A DNA stretch of 64,000 nt, taken from assembly GCF_004010195.1 (NCBI RefSeq), contig NC_057728.1, forward strand, positions 51,837,444-51,901,443. Reading direction: 5' to 3'. Under the pieces are notes generated by a model. It saw nothing but the letters and a program-made list of their open reading frames with translations, was not told the origin of the DNA and ran no database searches. Made by a program: the position numbers and the translations under genes. The DNA is from Chiloscyllium plagiosum. Lineage: Eukaryota. How positions within the stretch are numbered: position 1 is the first letter of the stretch; each line of letters begins with the position of its first letter. Positions 50,590 through 63,529 of this stretch are shown here, piece after piece.

Positions 50590-51780
50590 CAGTTGTATCT
50601 TTTCTTAAATAAACACTCCAAAACTGTGCACCATTCTCCAGATGAGGCTGTCCAGTCCCTCAATCATCTCAAATCTTATTTTCCTGTATTTCTGCACTTA
50701 CCTATTCCTGTCCCTCCCAGGACCATGATAGGGTTAATCTTTTCCTCAATTTCCACCCTAACATCCTCAGTATTGAAAGGATCTTCCTCTGCCATTTCCA
50801 CTATTTCCAGCCCGATGTGATCACCAAACGTCTCTTGCCCTCTCCACACCTGTCAATATTCCACAGCAACTGTTCCCTCTGCAACACCCTGTCCACTTAT
50901 CTAACCATGACATCAATCTGAGGAAGTGTCACTCTATCTGAAATGTTAACTCTAATTTCTCTCCACAGATGCTGCCAGACCTGCTGAGTTTTTCCTGCAA
51001 TTTCTGTTTTTGTTTCTGATTTACAGCATCCACAGTTCTTTCGGTTTTTATGACATTTTCCCATGCAATTTCAGGAGGTATAACACCTTTTTTTATCTTC
51101 CTTCCTCACTGTCCAAGGCCCCACATATTCTTTTCAGATATAGCAGAGACCGACTTGTACTTCTTTCACTTTAGTCCACTGTAATTGCTGCTCACGGTTG
51201 GGTCCCTTCTACACTGAAGATGAAATACAGACTGGGAGACCAATTTGCAGAACACCTTCTCTCAGTCCACAATCATGAGTCTGGTCATTAGTCATCTCAG
51301 ATTACCATCTTGTTCTCATGCTCACATTTAATTTCTGTCCGAGGCTCACTGCAGTGATCCAGCCAAACCCAGTGCAAATTGGAGGAACAGTACCTCATTT
51401 TCACTTTATGTATTTTACCATCTCTTGGATTTAACATTGCGTTCAACAATTAAAGAGCATGAACATTGTCCTTTATTTTGTTATTTCTGGATCCTTGGTG
51501 TCTGTCTCTTGTTTTCATGTTTTTGTTTTCAGAGAGAACTGTCCTTTATTCTGCTATTAACACTTACTGTGGACCAACGTTTAATTTCTTCACTGCAACC
51601 ATTACCAGTTCCTTTGCCTTTTGCTCCACAACAATGTTAATCTCTATCCTTCCTTGCCCTTTGGTTCCACTTGCCTCTCCTCATTTTTTAACATTAAGCC
51701 CATCACAGTTTTTCCTCTCTTCAGTTCTGAAGAAAAGGCATATTGGACTTATTAATTCTGTTACTTGTGCCCCACAGATG
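50590..51780 (+). mobile_element. Old decayed Penelope-like element with GIY-YIG remnant and nested family B unit
   Basis: gtccaaggcccc...acttgtacttct...tgctgctcac...tttgcagaacacct is colinear with family A at 25365-25510; ends in agttctgaagaa HHR remnant. Confidence 0.65.
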
Positions 51781-52789
51781 CTACGGCGGAAGTACAGAAG
51801 AACTTACTATTCTTATTCTGGATGTGGTTTTACTAACCGTAGCAAAAATCCCAACTTTTATATTCCATTCAGCTTGTGATAAACAATATTCTATTCATCC
51901 ACATGATCACTTGCTGTACCTGTATGCTAATATTTCAAGATTCGTGTAACAGAACTCAGATCTCTTGGTAAACTTCTGCAACCTCTCTCCATCTAAACAA
52001 TGCTTCTTTTATATCCTTCCAACAAAATGGGCAAGTTCACATTTTCCATATTATGTTCCATCTGGCAAAGTTTCATCCACTCATTTAACGAGAGTTAGAG
52101 ACAAACAAAAACTGCAGATGCTGGAATCCAAGGTGGACAAGCAGGAGGCTGGAAGAGCACAGCAAGCCAGGCAGCATCAGGAGGTGGAGAACTCGTTTAG
52201 CCTATCTGTATTGTTGGGAATACATATATTTATGGATTATGCAAAATGGACATTTGGATATTACTATGTTGCAAAGCATTTATTGTTTGGAGCTGCAAAA
52301 TGAAAAGATTAAAGGAAACAAAGAAACAAGGGACTTTGGAAAACAATGCCCACCAAAGTTTGACGAGAAATAAGGGCAGAATTTAATTGCTTTAATTGTT
52401 TATATTCATTTGTGGGCTGGGAGTGTTGCTGGCCACAATTAGACTCAGCGTTTATTGTGACATGGGCTCGAATGAGTGCAGTGAAAAGTTTGTAATGTCA
52501 CCTTTCAGTGCCATCTTAGGGACAGAGTACCTATGTACAGATACTTCTAAGTATAGTTACAGAGCAAAAAAAAAGATTAGAATGGAGTTGTTGAAAAAGT
52601 CCAGAATGAACATAAGTGACCCTAGGTACTTATATTCCAGTCTGTGCCTGCCGACTCCAGAATACAAGGCCTCCAGATGCTGGCCTCCATTCAGGAATTC
52701 ACTCGGCTACCGCTCTGGGAATTGGCCCCTTCACTCCGCTGCTGCAGGACTTGGCCTGTGCTCACTCTGTCACCATGGGACTCAGTTTG

Positions 52790-54760
52790 TCCATCGCTAA
52801 CTGGCCTTGAGAAAGTGGTGGTGACCTGCCTTCTTGAACCGCTGCCGTCCACTTGCTGAAGATTGACCCACAATGCCCTTGGGGAGAGAATTCCAGGATT
52901 TTGACTCAGCAACAGTGTCCAATTCAGGATGTTGAGGGGCTTGGAGGGCAACTTGCGGGTAGTGGTGTTTCCATGTATCTGCAGTATTTGTCCTTCAGGA
53001 TGGAAGTAGTCATGGATTTGGAAGGTGCTGTCTAAGGATCTTTGGTGAATTTTTGCAGAATGCCTTGGAGATTTTTCACATTGGTGCTACTGAGCATTGC
53101 TGCCGAAGGAAGTGGACCCTTGTGAACGTGATGCCAGTCAAGCAAGCTGCTTTGTCCTGGATGGTGTCACGCTTTGCCAGAGTTGTTGGAGCTGTACCCA
53201 TCCAGGCAAATGGGGAGTATTCCATCACATTTCTGGTATGTGCCTTGTATATGATGGATAAGCTTTGGTCAGTCAAGAGGTCAGTTACTAACTTCTGGCC
53301 TGATCTTGCAGCCATTGATTTTATGTAGCATGTTCAATTAGGTTTCTGGTCAATGGTAACCCCCCCAGGATGTTGATAGTGGGGGATTCAGTAACTCTGT
53401 GTGAAAAAGTTGCCCCTTAGGACCTTTTACCCTTTCATCTTAAACCTATGCCCTCCAGTTTTGGACTCCACTACCCTGGGAAAATGACCTTGGCTAGTCA
53501 CCCTATTCATGCCCCTCATGATTTTATAAACCTCCATAAGGTCACCCCTCAGCCTCCGATGCTTCAGGCAAAATAGCCCCAGCCAATTCAGCCTCTCCCT
53601 ATAGCTCAAACTCTCCAATCCCGGCAACATCCTTGTAAATCTTTTCTGAACCCTTTCAAGTTGAACAACATCTTTCCTATAGCAGGAAAACCAGAATTGA
53701 ATGCAATATTCTAAAAGTGGCTTCACCAATGTCCTGTACAGTCACAATATGATGTCCTAACTCACATACTCAATGCACTCACCAATAAGACAACCATGCC
53801 AAATGCCTTCTTCACTACCCTGTCTACCTGTTACACTAGTTTCAAGGAACTGTGAACCTGCTCCTCTAAGTATATTTTTTAGCAACACTATCATTAACTG
53901 TATAAGTCTTGCCCTGACTTGCCTTACCAAAATGCAACAACATCTGCCAGAGCAAGGGAGTCCAAAACTAGAGGGCATCGGATTAAGGCGTGTGGGGAAA
54001 GAATTAAAAGGGACCTAAGGGGCAACCTTTTCATGCAGAGGGTGGTACCTATATGGAATGAGCTGCCAGAGGAAGTGGTGGAGACTGATACAATTACAAC
54101 ATTTAAAAAGCAGGTGGATGGATATGTGAATAGGAAAGGTTTAGAGGGATATGAGCCAAATGTTAGCAAATGGGACTAGATTAATATGGGATATCTGATC
54201 ATCATGAATGAGTTGAACTGATAGGTCTGTTTCTGTGCTGTATGTCTCTATGGCCATATGCCAATCCTTGGCCCAATGGCCCACCTGATCAAGTCCTGTT
54301 ATACACTGAGGTAATCTGCTTCACTGTCCACTACACCTCTAATTTTGGTGTCATCTGCAAACTTATAAACCAAACCTCCCATATTCACATCCAACTTATT
54401 TATATAACTGATGAAAAGCAGCGGACCCAGCACAAATCCTTGTGTGGCACACCCCTGGCCATAGCCCTCCATTCCGAAAAACAATCCTCTACTACCACTC
54501 TCTATCTCCTACCTTCAAGCTACCTTTGTATCCAATTGGCTAGCTCCCCGTGTACTCCATGTGATCTAACCTTACCAATCAGTCTACCATGCGGAACCTT
54601 AAGGACTGAGTGGTATTGGTGGAACCCAAGCTGGGCGTCACTGAGCAGGGTTATTGCTGAGCAAGTGCTGCCCAACAGCACCGTTGTTGATGCCTTCCAT
54701 CCCTTTACTGATGGTTGAGAGTAGACTGATGGCGTGATAACTTGTCAGGTTGGATTTGGC
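52790..54760. mobile_element. Nested CR1 cluster: older CR1-type on minus, younger CR1 on minus (53395-54600) and a plus-strand 3' fragment (53945-54251)
   Basis: ORFs 53076..53315, 53427..53729, 53919..54179 and 54299..54484 all carry CR1 ORF2 motifs. Confidence 0.85.
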
Positions 54761-55989
54761 CTGAGATACTTAGAAGCTACGGACTATTGCAGGAGAAGTT
54801 TGCAAGAGAGTAATATTAACTATTTCAGTCTGTAAAAGGTAGAGCTTGGAGCTGAAGACAGCACTCTTTATGTATCTCAATACATCTATGAAGTAATTTG
54901 AAAATAAAAGCTGAAAATAAAATCTAAATCTGAAATCTAATTTGGAGATTTCCTATCATTTTGTGATTCGCAAGCAAATGAGCTCATTAGCAAGAAACCA
55001 AAGGGTCTGTAAGTTCATCTCATTCTCCTATTTCAGCTTGAAATCTGGATCCACAGTCTTTGCCCGATTCATTTTAGCTCTGCCAAGTTTGCCTTTGTCC
55101 TGTCTGCTCATGCATCTGTGCATGTTTGGGATCGAGGGGAATGTAGTTTCATTCACTTATTAGTTTCTAACCAGTTTGCCATTTGTTTGAAAAATAAGTT
55201 TCCTGTAACAGTCTATATCTGAGGGACACAGTTTAAGGATACAGGGTCGAGCATTTAGGATTGAAATGAGGAGAAACTCCTTCCCTGTGACAGAGGTGAG
55301 CCTGTGGAATTCTTTGCTACAGAAAGTAGTTGAGACCAAAAGTTTGAATGTTTTCGAGAAGGAGTAAGGTACAGCTCTTAGGCTAAAGGGATCAAATGGG
55401 GAGAGATGGGGATTAGGGTACTGAGTTGGATGAGCAGCTATGATTATACTAAATGATGGAGCAGGCTGAATTGTCTATTTCTGCTCCTATTTTCTATATC
55501 TATATGTTTGTACCTGCCTTTTTTGTGAGTGCCTATCCACTTATGTGTGTATGTCTGTTTGTGTCCTTGTGTATCTGCTTGTCCATGTGTTCTCTGGTTG
55601 GCTGGCCAGCTGGCTTGTGGTGCAGAGTGACTCCAACAGTGCAGGTTCAATTCCTCCACCAGCTGAGGTCACCATGACGATCCACCCTTCTGATCCCTGT
55701 CCCTCACCTGAGGTTTGGTCACCCTCAGATTGAACTCACCACCAGTCATCTGTCTGTAATGAGAGAGCAGTCCTCTGGGACTATGGCAACTTTATCCTGT
55801 CTTGTTGTACATTGTCAGGTCTAGAACAGCCTGTTCTCTGATTGAGTCTGGTAGTTGCTGCTCTGATAAACTGTCCTGAAGGCACGTTACAAACCAATGT
55901 ACCTTTGGCAATCTATATTTTATTAAAATTACCATATCATCATGACTTGCATTATTTCCTCACTTATACCCTGTCTAACAGTGACAGTA

Positions 55990-56132
55990 GTCAAGAGTGT
56001 GGTGCTGGAAAAGCACTGCAGGTCGGGCAGCATCCGAGGAGCAGGAGAATTGATGTTTCAGCCATAAGCCCTTCATCAGGCTGCCTGACCTGCTGTGTTT
56101 TTCCAGCATCACACTCAACTCTGATCTCCACA
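55990..56132. mobile_element. Miniature family A fold-back
   Basis: gtgtggtgctggaaaagcac...caggtcgggcagc inverted against gctgcctgacctgctg...ttccagcatcacac, around a decayed HHR. Confidence 0.8.
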
Positions 56133-56379
56133 CTATGAATGCTACATGGATTCAAGTGCAGAGTCTATTGTTCAGCCTTTTCACTATTTTTTTCCACCTC
56201 TACCTTTATCTTCAGTTGTACTGTGAAGTTTTTATTCTTTATTCCTTCCTGCCATGTTCTGATTAACATTTCCCTTATTTCTACTTTGCTCACTTGCTTT
56301 ATCCTCTTCCCTTAATTGATCACACCCCCCCTCACTTGATGCCTCACCCCACTGTTTAGTTTAAAGTAATATAACCATT

Positions 56380-56620
56380 GGGGGTGACTGTCTGTGTGGA
56401 GTTTACACAGTCTCCCCGTGTCTGCATGGCTTTCCTCCAGGTGCTCTGGTTTCCTCCCACAATCCAAAGATGTGCAGATTAGGTGAATTGGCCAAGCTAA
56501 ATTGCCCATAGTGTTAGGTGCATTTGTCAGAGGGAAGTGGGTCTGGGTGGGTTACTCTTCGGAGGGTCGGAGTGGACTTGTTGGGCCGAAGGGCCTGTTT
56601 CTACACTGTAAGAAATCTAT
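56380..56620 (+). mobile_element. HE1-type SINE (5'-truncated)
   Basis: V-core and CR1-like tail. Confidence 0.88.
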
Positions 56621-57392
56621 CTAATCTATCTATCTATCTCCAATGTACTCCCTCCAAGGGCAATATTATTTATATGAGATGTGGGGTCTTGAACTGCACA
56701 TAGTGACTCTAGTTGTGGTCTAATCAGAATTTTATAAAGCTAGGAGATGATTTCTATCCCTTTGTATCCTCATCTTCTAAACATACAGACCAACACTGTA
56801 TGAGTTGGGTCATCCTGTTCCCAGAATTCACTTCTCCTTTGTCCAAAATGTTTGTCCAAACACAAAGAGAACTCTTCAAGCCCAACACAGCTAGAGAGGT
56901 GGCTGCACCTTTTGGATACTGGAGCTTATCACCACTTTTCCCATATGGGCTTGGGGGTTGGGGGAGCAAATGTTGGCCTAGCCAGCAACACCGATATCCT
57001 CTAAAAGTTTAAAAACATTGGACGAAAGGTACCATTGATGTGTTGCTGCATGTATTTCCAATCACCAACAGAACTCAGGTGGTTAAGGGGTCACTGACTA
57101 TACTTCAGCCTATTTACACCACATGGCTGAAATCCATTTACTGTCACTGGTTGTCTTGAAGAACCTTGCTGTCAAAAGGTGTTTGAGAATTTGAACATCA
57201 CTGTCCCATTAGATGCTCTGACCTGGTCCGACAAAGAATGGGCACGCACATCGTCCTCTTCCAACACTTGGGATCTTTAAGTCTTACTGGAAGTGAAGAA
57301 GGAGACAATTGATACTCTTTAACTATTTAACCTGAATGAGGATACAAGCTCAGCGGACTTTATAAACCAGGTACAACTCTGCAACGATACCC

Positions 57393-57541
57393 AAAAGAAC
57401 TGCAGATGCTGAAAATCAGAAACAAAAGCAGAAACTGCTGGAAAAGTTCAGCAGGTCTGGCAGCATCTGTGAAGAGAAAATAGAGTTCAGGCTGAAACGT
57501 TAACTCTGATTTCTCTCTGCAGATGCTGCCAGACCTGATGA
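57393..57541. mobile_element. Miniature family B fold-back
   Basis: cagcaggtctggcagcatctgtgaagagaaa inverted against tttctctctgcagatgctgccagacctgatg, with gaaacgttaact at the centre. Confidence 0.78.
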
Positions 57542-57677
57542 CTCTGCACTGGATTGACATTCTAAACCGATCCTCCTCCTTTGAGAATGTATCAACAAAT
57601 TTCACTGCAGGCGCAGTTCAGCCGATTGCTTGCCTTTAGTAGTAAACGTGCAGCATAAATTCACAAGCCACAGTGGT

Positions 57678-58340
57678 TGGGGTGGCACAGCAGTTAGCAC
57701 TGTTACCTCATAGTGCCAGGGACCCGGGTTCAATCCCAGCCTTGGGTAACTGTCTGTGTAGAATTTGCACATTCTCCCCATGTCTGTGTGAGTGTGCTCT
57801 GGTTTCCTCCCACAGTCCAACGATATGCAGGTTAGGTGAATTGGTCATGCTTATAGTGTCCAGGAATGTGTTGGTTATAGAGTCATAGAGATGTACAGCA
57901 TGGAAACAGATCCTTCGGTCCAACCCGTCCATGCCGACCAGATATCCCGACCCAATCTAGACCCACCTGCCAGCACCCGGCCTATATCCCTCCAAACCCT
58001 TCCTATTCATATACCCATCCAAATGCCTCTTAAATGCTGCAATTGTACCAACCTCCACCACTTCCTCTGGCAGCTCATTCCATACACGTACCACCCTCTG
58101 CGTGAAAAAGTTGCCCCTTAGGACTCTTTTATATCTTTCCCCTCTCACCCTAAACCTATGCCCTCTAGTTCTGGACTCCCCAACCCCAGGGAAAAGACTT
58201 TGTCTATTTAGGTGCATTAGTCAGGGGTAAATGTTAAATAATAGGGTAGGGGAATGGGTTTGGGTGAGTTGCTCTTTGGAGGGTCAGTGTAGACTTGTTG
58301 GGCCAAATGGTCTGTTTCCACATTGTGGGGATTCTATGAT
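57678..58340 (+). mobile_element. HE1-type SINE interrupted by a minus-strand CR1 3' end (~57876-58209)
   Basis: SINE head and core on the left, tail on the right; insert encodes RTRGHRFRVRG...FFTQRVVRVWNELP. Confidence 0.88.
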
Positions 58341-59989
58341 CTGTGTTGACATTATAGTTTTACTACCTGTGTAACAGCAAGTACACCCAAACTGACCCTG
58401 GTACTGGCAAATGACTTTTCTTACCAGAGGATCTTAATGCAGGAGTGGAGGTGGCTTACTGCAATTATACAGAGCCCTGCTGAGCCCTGGAGTAATGTGT
58501 GCAGTTTTGGTCATTTTACCTACTTCACATAAAGGGAGTGCAATGAACATTTGTCAACTAACTCCTGGGACAGAGGGACTGTCTTATGAGGAGATATTCA
58601 GGAAAATAGCTCAGTATTCTCTAGAGTTTCAACGAATGAAAGGTGATCTCATTTGATTACAAATTGCTTTACAGGGTAGATACAGGAAGGACATTTCCCT
58701 GGCTTGAGGGGGTGGGAGTAGGGGGACACAACCTCAGAATAAAGAGTTTATGACTCTTTATGATTGGCATGAGGAGGAATTTCTTCACTTAGAGGGTAGT
58801 GAACCTTTGGAATTCTCTATTAAAGGGCTATGGAGTTATTCAGTATGTCCGAGCCCTGGACAGGTAGATTGCTACATATTGAAAACATCAAGGGATGGCA
58901 TGGACTGGTTGGACCGAAGGCTCTGTTTCTGTGCTGTCTGATTCTATGACTCTAGACTGGGATAGTGCAGGGAAATGGTGTTGAAGGAGAAGGTCAGCAA
59001 TGATCTCATCAGCAGGGCTGAATGGCCTCATCCAGCTACAATTTCTTACATTCTAATGATATGACAGACCACAGAGATATCACCCCCAGACTGGTTGTAC
59101 ACCAAGATTGTTAGATTGATTACATCATGCCAAGATCACTAGATTAGTTACCATGCCTATGTGGACCTACATTAGCATCACTTCAAAGTTATGCCAAGCT
59201 AGAGGCTTGCTCAAAACAGCATCAGGACATTGTGACTATGAAGCTTCAAGTTCTTTGTTCATTCCGTGTCACTTGAATCAAGTCAAGCAAAGACAAGATT
59301 GACTCCATTTGTACACAATTGTATATTTTAATCAGTTTCACCATGATTCTAATTCCTAACTTTTAACACTGAGCATTCAAGGCTTTTTATTATGTTTGAT
59401 ATTTCTCCTCAAAGATCTTTAAAGAGAGACACCTAAATCACAAGATTTTTGGTGACTGAGGTCTCCCTTGAAAGTAAACCTGTTTGTTGTCTATTTCTGT
59501 TAGAGATGTCTCGATCACCAACTGGATTATACCAAACATCATCAATCGCTGACATGTAATTTGACAAAATTGTTTGCAAATTTAAATATTTTACATTAAG
59601 TGTCTTCCCTCACATTCACCCCTCTCATCAGCATCTGGGTGTTACTATTGATCAAACCCTACAGAATATGGTTTTTCAAATAGTGCAGCTGTAGCGTTTA
59701 CACTGTGAAAATGGTTCATCTCTTAGGTATTCAAAACGCCCTCTCCACCAGCTGTAAAACTCAAGTCAGGAACATGATACATACTCCTCATTAGATAGAT
59801 GGGTTGAGACAGAACAACAGTCAAGAAGTTCAACAACAGCCAGGACAGAAACAGTACATTTCACCAGTGTGCCCCTACCTATACACTGGCCATCTAGTTT
59901 ATTTCAAAGTGCCAATAATATGCAATTGGTTACATCATCCTGACATTACTAGATTGATTACAATGAAGAAACAGAGTCATTTAATAACG

Positions 59990-61080
59990 TGGTGGGTGAT
60001 TGGCCCTTTAGCCCATCTTGTCCATGCCATTCATCAAACATCCATTTATTCCATTCACTATCCAGCTCTTGGCCCATAGTCTTGCATGCTTAGGCCTTTC
60101 AAGCATTCATATAAATAGGTGTTAAATGTTTTGAGGGAACTGTCTTTACAACGCTTTTAGGCAGTGAGTTACAAATACGCACAACCCTCTGGGTTACAAA
60201 GGTTTTTCCCTAGATCCCCTGAAAACCTCTTGTTCCAACATGAAACCCTCATGTTCTCTGGTTATTGACCTGTCTACTAAGGGGAAAGGTTTCTCCTTAT
60301 CTATCCCCCTCAGAACTTTGTACACTTCAATCAGATCCCTCCCTCAGCATTCTCTGCTCTAAGGAAAACAACCCCAATGTATCTTGTCTCTCTTCATAAC
60401 TAAATCACTCCAGCCCAAGCAACATCCGAGTGAATTTCTTCTGCACCCTCTCCAGGGTAATCTCATGCTTCCGATAGTGTGGTGACCAGACCTGCACACA
60501 CGACTCCAGCTGTGGCCTGAGTGATGTTATGTACAGCTCCATCAGAATCTCTTATGGCATGTCACTAGACACAGGCTTCCAGTCGCAAAAATATTCCTCA
60601 ACCATTAGCTTCTGCTTCTGCCATCAGGCCAATTTTCAGTCCAATTTGCCAAGCTGATCTGGATCCCATAGGCTTTTATATTCTTATCCAGAGTGTCAAA
60701 GGCCTCACTGAAGTCCATGGAGATTACATCAACACACCACCCTCATCTACACATCTTGTCATCTCCTTCAAAAATGCAATCAAATTTGTTGGATAGGATC
60801 TCCCCTTCACAATGGCATGCTTTGATTATCCTTGATAAATCCTTGCCTCTCCAAATGGAGATTAATTCTGTTCCCCAGAATGTTTCCAATGATTTCTCTT
60901 TTGTTAATGTTAAACTCTCTGGCCTTTAGTTTCCTTGTTTATCCCTACTTTAGGTGACCTCTAGCAGCCTTCCTGTCTCCAGAAAGGATTTCAAAATGAA
61001 TGTTAGAACTTCTGCAATCTCCTCTGTTGCCTATGACAGCAGCCTTGGATACATCTCGTCTGGTCCTGGGGAGTTTTCTA
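59990..61080 (-). mobile_element. Decayed CR1 remnant
   Basis: Reverse complement of CR1 3' ORF2 and UTR motifs (ccctcagc..tctctgctc; ccagacctgcacac.actcca). Confidence 0.7.
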
Positions 61081-61099
61081 TTTTCAAGTCTGCTAGAAC

Positions 61100-61786
61100 T
61101 ATGTATTCAGGAATGTAGTTTCCTGAAAGTTACATCACAGGTCGACAGGGTGGTAAGGAAGGTGTTTGGCATGCTTGCCTTCATTACTGAATCCGTTGAG
61201 TATAGGAATTGGGACGTCATGTTGAGGTTGTACAGGACGTTGGTGAGGCCATTTTTGGAGACTGTTCTGATTGCCCAGCTATAGGAAGGTTCTTATTAAA
61301 CTGGAAAGGGTGAGACAAGATTTACAAGGATGTTACTGGGACTGGAGGGTTTGAGTTATAAGGAGAGGCTGGATAGGCTAGGACCTTTTTTCACTGGTGC
61401 GTAGAAGGTTGGGGAGTGACCTTATAGAGGTTTATAAAATCATGAGGGGTATAGATAAGGTAAATAGCAAAGGTCGTTTCCCTAGGATAGGCAAGTTCAA
61501 AACTTTAGGGCGTAATTTTAAGGTGAGAGAAGAAAGATTTAAAAGAGACCTGAGCAGCAACCTTTTCACGCAGAGGGTAGTTTGTATGTGGAATGAACTG
61601 CCAAAGGAAATAGTAAATGCAGGTACATTTACAACATTTGAAAGACATTTGGACAGGTACAAGAATAGGAAAGGTTTAGGGGAATATGGGCCAAATGCAG
61701 ACAAATGGGACTGGTTTAGTTTGGGAAACCTGATTGACATGAATGAGTTGGTCTGGGGTCTGTTTCCACACTGTATGACTCTATGA
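61100..61786 (+). mobile_element. CR1 3' fragment
   Basis: QVDRVVRKVFGMLAFI; RRRLGSDLIEVYKIMRGIDKV; tatgactc tail. Confidence 0.92.
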
Positions 61787-63529
61787 CACTATTCATACCT
61801 CCTCTGCCTTAATGTTAATTTATTCAAACGTGTTACAGTTCCCCTCCCTGATTTCTACACCTTCTATACATTGTCCTTTTATATGGTGAAAACTGATACA
61901 AGTACTCATTTAAAACCTCAGACCTCCGATGCATCGGGGAAGGTGGTACATAATGGAAATGTCACTGGATTGATAATCTCGTGCCTCAGGCAATTTGGAT
62001 TCAAATGGGTTCACGTCCCATTATTACAGCCAGTACTCTTTGAATTCAATTAATAAATCTAGAATTTAAATCTAGCCTCAGTAATGGTGACTATTATCAA
62101 TTATTGCAAAAACAAGGCCCATCTGTTTCACTAATGTCTTTTAGGGAAAGAAATCTGTTCCCCTTACCTGGTCTGGCCCATATATGACCCTGGGAGAAAT
62201 GTGGTTGACTTTTACCTGCCTTCTGCAATGGTCCTGACTCAGCTAGTATGCCCACATCCCATGAATGCCTTAAAAGAAAGGCTAAATATATTTGTTTCAG
62301 GTCTCCATGAGAGCATTTTATCGAGACCTGGTCGTCCCCTTTCTTTCCCTGCAAATGTGTTTCTGTTCAGTTAATTTTCTGAATTACATTTGAAAGCTAT
62401 GTCCAGCACACATTCAGGAGATACATTTTAATTCCCAGCCACTCTCTGTGGAATATTGTTTTTCCTCATGTCACTTTTAGTTCTTTTATTGATCACCTTA
62501 AATAAGTGTCCTTTGTTTCTCCATCCTACCACCATTGACACAACTTCTCCTCATCCAACCTGTCCAGACCCCTCATGGTTTTTAACATTTCAATCAAATC
62601 TCCATCTCAATCTTCTCTTCTCTGAGGACATCTTCAGTATAGAGACACATGGGAGCAGTGATGGGCTCGGAACACGTCAATTTCAAATTCTCGTCCAAGT
62701 TGTACCTTATCCTGACTTCGAAATATACTTAAGGTATCAATGTATTTCCAATATCACTGGATCAAAATCTTGGAACTCCTGATTTGGTGACATTGTAGGA
62801 TCAGCTTCGTCATGTCCACTCTAGTCACTTACTTGGAATTACTTGGAAGATACATCACGGAAACAGGCCATTCAGCCCAACCAATCCATGCTTCAATCAA
62901 TCCTCCTCCCATCTTCCCCGGTCTAAATCTATAATTATAACTCTAGTCCTTTCTCCCTCATCTAATAGACTGGCTTCCTCTAAATGCAGTTATACCCCTT
63001 GATTCAACCACTTTCTGTCATAACAAATTCCACATCCCAACCATTCTCCAGTAAAAATGTTTTTTATTCTGAATTCCTTATTTGGATTTCTTGGGAACCT
63101 TTTGACATTGATGGCCTCTAGTTATCATTTCTATTTTCTCACAAGTGGAAGCATTGAGCTGGCTTTTACAGGATGCTATGTTCTCCATACCTCTAGGGCT
63201 AAAATGTTGACAGGAATAACTGGGTACAGTATTACCTGCTTCAGGGATGACTTTATCCCAGTCCTGGATGGAGAACCTGTCCTTCAGCAGCTGTCAGCCA
63301 GTCAGAAGTGCTGTAAACCCACCAGCCCCACCATGGGCCATTGCTGGGATTATGGGTGGTCCTTTCACCCAGGAGAGTCCAAATAAGTCAGGGGTCTCAG
63401 CAGGGGAGGGTGAGGGTTGTATGTAGTGAGGAGGAAGGGGCTATGTTCAAGTGACTGAGTTGGGGATGGATGATCTTTGCTGGAGGATCTCTAATGGGAC
63501 CAAGGAGCTTGCAACAAACTATATAAGGC

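Noticed and set aside
53395..54600. CR1 with a twin-priming-type internal inversion
   Set aside because: The plus-strand 3' piece overlaps sequence already present in the minus-strand copy, so a separate nested insertion is simpler.
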